Shown here one piece after another: positions 45,919 to 53,485 of a stretch of 64,000 bases of DNA. The DNA lies in the NCBI GenBank assembly GCA_021324075.1, contig JAJPJW010000040.1, positions 2,255-66,254 of the forward strand, read 5' to 3'. The notes under the pieces were generated by a model. That model saw nothing but the letters and a program-made list of their open reading frames with translations. It was not told the origin of the DNA and made no database searches. The DNA comes from Pseudomonadota bacterium. GTDB lineage: Bacteria > Oederibacteriota > Muellerivitia > Muellerivitales > Muellerivitaceae. A program made the position numbers and the translations under genes. Each line of letters starts with the position of its first letter. Within the stretch, counting starts at the first letter, position 1.

Positions 45919-46518
45919 TCAAATCCTTATGGAATCCAAAAACCCGCCGGGGGCGGGCCTTTTACGGTCGTCCCGGGATTGTGAATTCCCGGCGTCTTGG
46001 GTCTCATAGGACATCTTTTGGTGTTGGGAATAACTCCTCCAAACCAGGGTCAGCTGGAGGGTTTCGTTGATCTGATCGACAGGATGGGTGCTGGGCGCGC
46101 TGTTTCCCCGCGTTTTATCTTGGGAGGTTGAATCCACCGCGCTGGATTGCTCTTTCGTTTTATCCGTCTGCTTCTTAGCTGATTTTTCAGAGTCCGAAAC
46201 CCCGTTCCCGCTGATGATATTTTTAATCTCTCCTTGTAGGCCCTGGTCGGGGCCGTAGGGATCGAAAGGGTCGACCCCCAGGAGCGCCCACCCCAGCAGG
46301 CTGTTGGCCCAGCCGTTCCCAAAGGTATCCGAGGGCCAGTTGGCGGCTTCTTTTTCCTGCTCGGCCACTTCGGCCTTTTCCTGGGATGTCTTGGCCATGG
46401 CGTCCAGCCAATTCCAGGCCTGCTGGAGGTTCAAATAGGAAGTTTTCCCGGGAGCTGGCGTCCAGGGCAACTCGGTATGGATGTAAAGCCGGCTGGTGTC
46501 AAAATTGAGGAGGATCAC
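45919..46518 (-). CDS. Hypothetical protein (199 aa), Ser/Gln/Asp-rich C-terminus
   Basis: GTG 46518 is preceded by AAGGAG at a 6-nt spacing. Non-shadow composition. No family recognised. Confidence 0.45.
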   Translation of the reverse strand: MILLNFDTSRLYIHTELPWTPAPGKTSYLNLQQAWNWLDAMAKTSQEKAEVAEQEKEAANWPSDTFGNGWANSLLGWALLGVDPFDPYGPDQGLQGEIKNIISGNGVSDSEKSAKKQTDKTKEQSSAVDSTSQDKTRGNSAPSTHPVDQINETLQLTLVWRSYSQHQKMSYETQDAGNSQSRDDRKRPAPGGFLDSIRI

Positions 46519-46655
46519 GGAAGCTCCTTGTTGAAAACCCTAACGGCTTTTTCGTGTTTTTATTGAATAATAAATGGCGTATTCCCGACAGGGAGGCTTT
46601 CCATCGCGGAAAGCGCGGGTAAGGCTTAAAATTCCATTCATTTTCGGGAGGTCCC

Positions 46656-47021
46656 ATGCCGCAACTCATCGAATCCCCCTCGGTCATCCAGGCCGCGGGC
46701 AACAAGCCCAAACGCATCGAGGAATTCATCGGCCGGGTCAATAGCAAGACACCCGGGGTCAGCATCGCCCGCATGGTGAGCCCCGGCGGCTGGGTGGAAC
46801 CGGGCCAGACCCCGGACTTCGATGAATACACGGTCGTTTTGAAAGGACTTTTGAAGATTGAATCCAAGGGCGAAACCTTGGAAGTGAAGGCGGGCCAGGC
46901 GGTCTGGGTGAAGAAAGGCGAGTGGGTGCGTTACAGCTCTCCCCGGGCCGAAGGCGCCGAATATATCGCGGTCTGCCTGCCGGCTTTCGGCCCGGACATC
47001 GTTCACCGCGACCCTTCTTAA
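46656..47021 (+). CDS. Cupin domain protein
   Basis: GGGAGG before the ATG. GWVEPGQTPDFDEYTVVLKG.L.IE..GE.LEVKAGQAVWV..GEWVRY beta-barrel pattern. Confidence 0.7.
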   Translation: MPQLIESPSVIQAAGNKPKRIEEFIGRVNSKTPGVSIARMVSPGGWVEPGQTPDFDEYTVVLKGLLKIESKGETLEVKAGQAVWVKKGEWVRYSSPRAEGAEYIAVCLPAFGPDIVHRDPS

Positions 47022-47030
47022 AGGAACCGC

Positions 47031-47570
47031 TTGGCCCTTACATCTACCCTCTACCGCTTTACCGTGGACCTGTCGGACGTGGATCGGAACCTCTACCAGA
47101 CCCTGGAGTTCCGCGCGGCCCTGCACCCCAGCGAGTCCCTGCCCTTTTTCGTCACCCGAGTCCTGGCCTATTGCCTGGAATACCGGGAAGGCCTGGAGTT
47201 TTCCGCGGGTATCAGCGCCCCCGACGAACCGGCCATCCGCAAGATGGGCCTGACCGGCGGATTGGACCTTTGGGTGGACATCGGCAACCCCGCGGCCAAA
47301 CGCATCCACAAGGCCTCGAAGTCCTGCAAGGAGGTCCGAATCTACACCCACAAGGATGGGGCGATGCTGGCGCGGGAATTACGGGAGGAGCAGGTCCACC
47401 GGCTTTCCGAGATCGGGCTTTATTCACTGGACCAGCGTTTTTTGAACGCCCTGGGCGGGACCTTGGACCGGGACAACCACTGGGAATTGACGAGGACGGA
47501 AGGGGAGTTGTACCTGGGGGTGGGCAGGGATTCGTTCCAGGGCCGCCTGGAAAAGCACGATTTAAGTTAA
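47031..47570 (+). CDS. yaeQ: YaeQ family protein
   Basis: MALTSTLYRFTVDLSDVDRNLYQ parallels E. coli YaeQ MALKATIYKA..SDMDRHYY. TTG start preceded by AAGGAA. Confidence 0.85.
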   Translation: MALTSTLYRFTVDLSDVDRNLYQTLEFRAALHPSESLPFFVTRVLAYCLEYREGLEFSAGISAPDEPAIRKMGLTGGLDLWVDIGNPAAKRIHKASKSCKEVRIYTHKDGAMLARELREEQVHRLSEIGLYSLDQRFLNALGGTLDRDNHWELTRTEGELYLGVGRDSFQGRLEKHDLS

Positions 47571-47634
47571 GCGTCCGGTCCTTGGGGCTTCCCCCTGCGA
47601 AAAGGAGGCGGACTGGAGTTTTAAGGGGTTTCCG

Positions 47635-48180
47635 TTACAGCCCGTTGAAAAGTCCGACCAAGGTTGTTTCATCCTGCGTGGATGTACCGTAAGAACCCAC
47701 GATCTGCTGCGAAGTCTCGGCCCCGTTCTTGAAGAAGATACAGGTGGGGATACCGGTAATGTTGTAAGCGCTGCTCAGGGTGGACTGGGCGTCCACGTCC
47801 ACCCTGACCACTTTGACCTTGCCTCCCTCAGCGGTTGCGAACTGCTGCGCGGCGGGGTCCATGATCGTACAGTTGGGGCACCAGGTGGCGTAAAACACCA
47901 CCAGCACCGGTAGGGGGGACGCCAGGACCTCCTGGTTGAAGTTAGCGGAGGTCCCGTCCACAATCCAGGGATCGGGGAAAGGCGTGGGGACCGGGGTGGG
48001 TACGGCCGTGGGCGGAGGCGGGGTGGGGGAAGGGTTGGAAAAAACCGTGGGAGTCGGGGTTGGCTGGTTTAAATGATTCGCCTGGACCGCCGTCGGAACG
48101 GCGTATTGGCTGGAGCAACTGCAAATCAAGGCTGTGACGAGGCCCGCTAAAAAAAGCAGAAAAAGATGCCAGGTTTTCAT
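47635..48180 (-). CDS. Exported thioredoxin-family protein with a Pro/Thr linker
   Basis: Signal/lipobox-like MKTWHLFLLFLAGLVTALICSCS, PTPTPT linker, VLVVFYATWCPNC active site. Confidence 0.85.
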   Translation of the reverse strand: MKTWHLFLLFLAGLVTALICSCSSQYAVPTAVQANHLNQPTPTPTVFSNPSPTPPPPTAVPTPVPTPFPDPWIVDGTSANFNQEVLASPLPVLVVFYATWCPNCTIMDPAAQQFATAEGGKVKVVRVDVDAQSTLSSAYNITGIPTCIFFKNGAETSQQIVGSYGTSTQDETTLVGLFNGL

Positions 48181-48314
48181 TTTTCCCCTCCGTCTTATTC
48201 GCCTTCTAGACGGACAATCGGGGATTTAGTCCAACCCTCATTCAAAGAAAATCCAACCTGGAAAAACGACGGGAAGGGGCCCTCTTGGGGCCTATCGGCG
48301 AGCCTTTCCTCCCG

Positions 48315-48551
48315 TTAGGGATTGGCTTTCATCAAATTCAAGTACAACAAATAGGCCCCGAACAGCACAAAGGCCGCCCCCACGATCAGGGCGTTCCATA
48401 CCTTCGCCCGGTACATCTTACTGGCGGCCATCTGGGCCCGTTCCTCGGGGGTCGCCGCCTTTTTAAAGCCCAGGGTGGCGTAAAAATTCCTTAAAACGAT
48501 CAGGAGCATCCCGAAAACGATGAGCAGGATGTCGTAAAAGATAGCCTTCAT
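48315..48551 (-). CDS. Small two-helix membrane protein (78 aa)
   Basis: Two hydrophobic helices flank a basic loop. The opposite-strand ORF 48285..48494 is low-complexity. Confidence 0.5.
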   Translation of the reverse strand: MKAIFYDILLIVFGMLLIVLRNFYATLGFKKAATPEERAQMAASKMYRAKVWNALIVGAAFVLFGAYLLYLNLMKANP

Positions 48552-48617
48552 GGGCGCCTCGCTTGGATTGATTTGGGGGTGGGATTAAAATGATCCCAAG
48601 TAAGGGGAGAGACTACC

Positions 48618-48830
48618 TTGGATAGTTTTAAAGATCAAATTCAAAAACAGGCCCTGGAAGCCACCGTGAAGGTGATCCAGGAAAAAATCCAGGGCCTCAC
48701 CTGCCCCCTGCACCACCAAAACCCCCGGCTGAAATTTTCCGAGGATTCGGGCCCGGGCCAGCAGAAAATGTCCTTCGATTGCTGCTGCAATACCCTGTCG
48801 GAGATGCTGCAACAGGCCCTGAAAGACTAG
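48618..48830 (+). CDS. Small hypothetical protein (70 aa)
   Basis: TTG start with AAGGGGAG upstream. Ordinary composition, CCC cluster. Confidence 0.35.
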   Translation: MDSFKDQIQKQALEATVKVIQEKIQGLTCPLHHQNPRLKFSEDSGPGQQKMSFDCCCNTLSEMLQQALKD

Positions 48831-48840
48831 GCCCCGGCGG

Positions 48841-49131
48841 TCACTTGAACCGGGACTTGGCCGCCGTCACAGCATCGCCCAGGGCCTTCAAGGCCTGGTT
48901 CGTGCCGCCCTTCAGGTCTTCCCAGGCTTCCCCGCTGGCCTTTTGCACGGGCTTCAACTTTTCCTCGAGGTCCTTGCGCTTGGCCTTGAGTTCCTCGACG
49001 TGCTTCTGCATTTCCGCCTTGGCGTCGGCCCCCATCTTGCCGGCTTTCTCCTGCAGATTGTCGATGTCCGAATTCCATTGGTCGATCTGGTCCTTCAATT
49101 TTTGGACGTAAGCATCCCTTTTTTCACCCAT
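48841..49131 (-). CDS. Coiled-coil small protein (96 aa)
   Basis: GGAGGG before the ATG. Heptad-rich Lys/Glu/Ala sequence. Confidence 0.6.
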   Translation of the reverse strand: MGEKRDAYVQKLKDQIDQWNSDIDNLQEKAGKMGADAKAEMQKHVEELKAKRKDLEEKLKPVQKASGEAWEDLKGGTNQALKALGDAVTAAKSRFK

Positions 49132-49312
49132 GAAGCCCTCCGTGAACCGCCGTTTTTATGTCTCTTTCCCCTATTCTCAAAGCCTTGCCCTTCATTTTTC
49201 AACGGGGGAACGGCCCTCGGACCCTTTTTTCCCGGGCTGAAACATGGGATCGCGGGAAAACCTCCCCTTTCTTGGGCTTTCAGCCGGTGGCTTTTCCTTT
49301 TAAAATCAAGTC

Positions 49313-51562
49313 ATGTTAAACACCACGCAAACTCAGCAGGCTTCCCTGGCCGTGCGCGAACTGCGCGTGTCCCTTTCCAACTTTTTCCTTTATTCGGCCG
49401 AGAACGCCATGGTGAAGCAGTCCCTGGACCGCCTTCTGGAGGCCCTGGCCCGGTTGTTTACGGAACTTCCCTCCGTCTCCTTTGCCGAATCCGAAGGCCG
49501 CCTCGTGGTGGAAGGGGCGGCCCTGGACGAGCGCCTCACCGGCTCCACCAACATGATCAAGGACCTCTTCCTGACCCACAAGATCCATACCCTCACCTTC
49601 GCCAAAGGCGTCCGGGCCGCCGAAGTACACGCCCTTTTCTCGCTCCTGAGGCCCCGGGCCTTGCCCACCGGCGTCTCCCTTTCCCAGGCGCTGGTCCAGC
49701 AGTCCTTGGAACACATCCAGGTGAACGAGAAGGTTTTCGTGGCCCTGTCCGAAGGCGAGGTGGTCGTGCCGGGCGACACGGCCCCGGGGGGCGAACAGAA
49801 TTTGCAGGAGGCCCTGGAAGCCCTCCAATACTTCCTCCAGATTTTCAGCCGCGTGCGGCCCGATTCCAACAAACAGGAACTGGCCCGCCGGCTCATGGCC
49901 AACATGGGCGGTTGGCTCCAATCCGACGGGGGCGAAGGGTCCGGTACGGGAAACGGGGACGGCACGGGTGGGGGGAAACCGGGAACGGCCAACGTGCAAC
50001 CCTGGCGGGAACTGATGGGCGGCTTCCTGGGATTGAAGGCCGCCCTGGCTTCCATGAAATCACCCGCCCAAGTCTCCGACGCGCAAGTGAGCATGGACGA
50101 CCTCTTAAAAAAGCTCGTCCTCCTGGGGGAAAACCAGGGTGTGGCGCTGGAAGAGGTGCCCGCCCCCGCACCGGCCGCCGAAGCGGTTCCCGAAGCCCCC
50201 GCGGCGGCGGCCACCGTCGCGGCCGCTGAAACCGTTCCGCCCGAACAGGGCCGTCTTTTCGAGACCGACCCGGTGTTGGCGGCGGTGGAGAAAAAGGATT
50301 GGGACGGCCTTTTGACCCCCGAGATGGAAGGCAAGTTGGGGGAAAAGATAGCCTGGCTCCAGGACCCCGAACAATTGGAGGCCCTGGAATCCCTTTGGGC
50401 AAAGTTGTGGGACAAGATCTTTTCCGGCGACGAGGGCACCCAGGCCCTGGCCTTGCGGCAATTGAGCCACCTGCAATGGAACCTCGTTCCCCGGCCCCTT
50501 CAACTGGAGGGTTTCCGGAACCTCTGCCGCCTGTTGAAGGAAATCCGCCGCCCGGCCAATTACCCCATGACCCTTACCCTGGCCCAGGACTGGATCCCCC
50601 AGGAACTGGCTTCCGACGATTGGACCGATCTTTTGGAAATGACCCGCCTCCTGATGCGCGCCGCCACCCAGACGCCGCCCCGCTTTGAGAAGCAAAACCA
50701 GGCCGCCCGCGTGGCCCTGGATACCGTCTTCTGCGAGCCCATCCTGGAATCGCTCCTCAACCGCTATCCCGCCGAACCGGAGGAGGGGAACAACACGCGG
50801 AAACTCTTCGTCCTTCTGGGGCCGCGGGTGGGCCCCTTCCTTTTCAGCAAGATCGAGGAGGAACTGACCGGAAGCGCCTTTTGGCTCAAGGCCCTGGACC
50901 TCCTGGAGGCCCAGCAAAAGGAAGGACTGCATGTTTACGAAACCTGGCTGGGCCAGCCCGAAAAACGGGGGCAGTTGGAGAAATTCCTGGATGTCTTCAC
51001 CGCCGTGCCGCCCTCGGGCGAACTGGAGGATTATTTCCAGCGCCACTGGAACACCCTGAGCCCCCTGGCCCAGGGAAAAATCCTAGCTTCCATCCGCCAA
51101 TGGCGGAAGAAGGGCTTCCGCCCCTTCCTTCTGCGGCTCTTGGAAAAACCCGACACCCCCATCGCCCTGGAGGCGCTGGAAACCCTGGGGGTCGTGGGGA
51201 TCGAAGGGGACGGGGAGCCCATGGTCCTAGCCGTGAAAAACTATCCGCCCCACGGCAGGGACAAGGAGAAGTTCTGGCTCCAGGCCTGCCAGGCTTTGGG
51301 GTCCCTGGCCGACCCCCCCGCCGCGGCCGCCTTGATGGAGTGGGGCGGAAAATACCACTTCATGGAAGCCAAAAAGAACCGCAGCCTGGAAGTACGCCGC
51401 GCCGCCATCCAGGCCCTGCGCCGCTTCCGCTCTTCCGAGGTCAGGGACTTCCTGGCCGGGTTGAAGAAGGACGGGGAGAAGGAACTGAAGGAGGATGTAG
51501 AGAAAACCCTGAAGTCGGTGGACGAAAACATCGCGTCCAAATTCGGCGGGTCCGGCGCTTAA
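49313..51562 (+). CDS. Large helical-repeat (HEAT-like) protein
   Basis: 749 aa, Leu/Ala/Glu-rich helical repeats. The C-terminal ..VRRAAIQALRRFRSSEVRDFL is HEAT-like. Confidence 0.65.
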   Translation: MLNTTQTQQASLAVRELRVSLSNFFLYSAENAMVKQSLDRLLEALARLFTELPSVSFAESEGRLVVEGAALDERLTGSTNMIKDLFLTHKIHTLTFAKGVRAAEVHALFSLLRPRALPTGVSLSQALVQQSLEHIQVNEKVFVALSEGEVVVPGDTAPGGEQNLQEALEALQYFLQIFSRVRPDSNKQELARRLMANMGGWLQSDGGEGSGTGNGDGTGGGKPGTANVQPWRELMGGFLGLKAALASMKSPAQVSDAQVSMDDLLKKLVLLGENQGVALEEVPAPAPAAEAVPEAPAAAATVAAAETVPPEQGRLFETDPVLAAVEKKDWDGLLTPEMEGKLGEKIAWLQDPEQLEALESLWAKLWDKIFSGDEGTQALALRQLSHLQWNLVPRPLQLEGFRNLCRLLKEIRRPANYPMTLTLAQDWIPQELASDDWTDLLEMTRLLMRAATQTPPRFEKQNQAARVALDTVFCEPILESLLNRYPAEPEEGNNTRKLFVLLGPRVGPFLFSKIEEELTGSAFWLKALDLLEAQQKEGLHVYETWLGQPEKRGQLEKFLDVFTAVPPSGELEDYFQRHWNTLSPLAQGKILASIRQWRKKGFRPFLLRLLEKPDTPIALEALETLGVVGIEGDGEPMVLAVKNYPPHGRDKEKFWLQACQALGSLADPPAAAALMEWGGKYHFMEAKKNRSLEVRRAAIQALRRFRSSEVRDFLAGLKKDGEKELKEDVEKTLKSVDENIASKFGGSGA

Positions 51563-51948
51563 CTCAACGGCGCCAGATAGGTGAAAGGATAAACGGGGAT
51601 GTTGCGCAGGATAGTGAATACTACCAGGACGCAAAAAAGCCCCCAGATCCAATAGGGGTGGATGAGCGAAAGCGGCTTCTTGCGGAAAGCCGCGTAGATG
51701 AAGAACGGAATGGCCAGGACCGCCATGACGTTGTCGTGGAGCGCGGTCAGGATGTTTCCGTGCAAGAGCTGGTAGAGGGCGCGGGTGGACCCGCAGCCGG
51801 GGCAGTAAAGCCCGGTGATCTCGTGGAAAACGCAGGCGGGATAAGGAAAACTGCCGGGTTTAAAGAAATAAAGGAAGACCAGGCCGGCGGCGCACGCCGC
51901 CAGGAGGGCGCTCCTTGTCAAAAGAGGGTGCTTCTGGAGTATTTCCAT
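51559..51948 (-). CDS. DUF2752 domain membrane protein
   Basis: CVFHEITGLYCPGCGSTRAL signature. Confidence 0.8.
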   Translation of the reverse strand: MEILQKHPLLTRSALLAACAAGLVFLYFFKPGSFPYPACVFHEITGLYCPGCGSTRALYQLLHGNILTALHDNVMAVLAIPFFIYAAFRKKPLSLIHPYWIWGLFCVLVVFTILRNIPVYPFTYLAPLS

Positions 51949-52062
51949 TAAGACAATTTCCTGGTTTTCATTCTAAAAAAGAAATTCCCACGCCCTGTTT
52001 TATCCTTCCAGAACAAGGCATGGGAACAAGGTTTAAAATAATAAAACGGACGGAACCACCCG

Positions 52063-52347
52063 TTAGTGTTGGCTTAGTTGCGGCATTTGCTGGTGGATGA
52101 GCGCAATGATCGTGGCCTCGAATAAAAACCAGAGGATCCATCCGACGAGCCCGATGCCAAAGGCGACCCAGCACCACGTCTTAACATTCTTAGAGGCGGC
52201 CGCGGCCCCGGCCATGTCCCCCGCCGCGACAAAGGCGTTCACTTTACCCGAAAAATAGACCGCTGGCAGTCCTAGGGGCATGCAGCAGCAAACCGTGGCC
52301 AGAATAGCGAAAACCAAATAATTCGAAACGGCTTTATTTTCAGCCAT
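52063..52347 (-). CDS. CD225/dispanin family small membrane protein
   Basis: NYLVFAILATVCCCMPLGLPAVYFSGKV..AAAASKNVKTWCWV. GGAGGTG lies before ATG 52347. Confidence 0.8.
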   Translation of the reverse strand: MAENKAVSNYLVFAILATVCCCMPLGLPAVYFSGKVNAFVAAGDMAGAAAASKNVKTWCWVAFGIGLVGWILWFLFEATIIALIHQQMPQLSQH

Positions 52348-52467
52348 TTTCAGCACCTCCAAGTAATTTTTACGGCCAAAACTTAAACCCCTAAAAAAAC
52401 CGACCAACCCTTTTTCCAGCTGAACCCGTTACAAAATCCCGCTTCAATTCACGGTTATCGCCTGTTT

Positions 52468-52839
52468 TTAATGTAAATGGTCTTTTAAGGGGTCCAAAAA
52501 CCCGAACAAGTAGGACAAAACAATGATGATGATCCCAAAAAGATCACAGCCAAACGCCGCCCAACACCAATTTCTGGCCAATTGGGAATTATGCCGTGCT
52601 CCTTCCAAATCTTGGATGGCGATCTTTGAATTAACCTGGGATGCATAAACAGCCGCCACAATTCCGAAAGGTGTTCCTAAAAACAAGCAGCAACAAGGGC
52701 TGAACACGGCCAGTAATATTGCCTGGACCAGATAATTCGGAATCGTTTCCGCTATGGGAGCCGCGGTCAGGGGCTGGCCGCATTGCCCGCATTCCGTGGC
52801 CCTCTCCTTGTTGGAAGCTCCGCAATGGGTGCAGTACAT
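52468..52839 (-). CDS. Zinc-ribbon plus CD225/dispanin family membrane protein
   Basis: MYCTHCG..CGQCG ribbon, then NYLVQAILLAVFSPCCCLFLGTPFGIVAAVYASQV..ARNWCW. Confidence 0.8.
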   Translation of the reverse strand: MYCTHCGASNKERATECGQCGQPLTAAPIAETIPNYLVQAILLAVFSPCCCLFLGTPFGIVAAVYASQVNSKIAIQDLEGARHNSQLARNWCWAAFGCDLFGIIIIVLSYLFGFLDPLKDHLH

Positions 52840-52855
52840 GGTGGATGTGCCCCGG

Positions 52856-53224
52856 TTATTTCTTCAGAACGGCCGTAACAATCCCGAAGATGATGAGCCC
52901 CGTATAAACCACTCCGAACAATCCGCCGACCAGGACGCCGATCCAGGCATGGACCTTCCCTTTTGCTTCGGGGTGTTCCTTGGCTTGTTTCAAACCCATG
53001 ATCCCCAAAACCAGGGCCGCGATCCCCAGGGGGGATCCGATGCAGGGGATGATGGAAAAGACCGCCAGGTAATAGGCGATTAGGGCCTTGGCGTTCTTAT
53101 AGGGGATGATGGTGGAGATGGGATCGCTGCCCGCAGAAGCCGTCACGGTTTTAAGAGTTTGTTTGCATTTCGTGCATTTGAAGTTGGCGTCGCTGTTTTC
53201 GGTGCCGCATTTGGGGCAAAACAT
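52856..53224 (-). CDS. Zinc-ribbon plus DUF4190 membrane protein
   Basis: MFCPKCG..CTKC ribbon, then PLGIAALVLGIMGLKQAKEHPEAKGKVHAWIGVLVGG. Confidence 0.8.
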   Translation of the reverse strand: MFCPKCGTENSDANFKCTKCKQTLKTVTASAGSDPISTIIPYKNAKALIAYYLAVFSIIPCIGSPLGIAALVLGIMGLKQAKEHPEAKGKVHAWIGVLVGGLFGVVYTGLIIFGIVTAVLKK

Positions 53225-53485
53225 GGGGACTCCATACTCGTTTTTCGATAAGGGAAGGGCCGCGAAAAAGTATCACACAAAACAAAAAGGCTGAAAAGCG
53301 GGAAAAAGGGCGGGAAAAGGAGGTTTTACAATGGCTTTACCGCACCAGGAATGGGATCGAGGCTTCGCCAAACTCACTCAATAGGTCGGAATACGGCCCA
53401 AAGTATCTGTTGGGAAGCTCAAACTATAAACTTTTGACTTGATCCTTTTTATTCGGGACTCTTTTCATAGTGAACACCCCATTGG

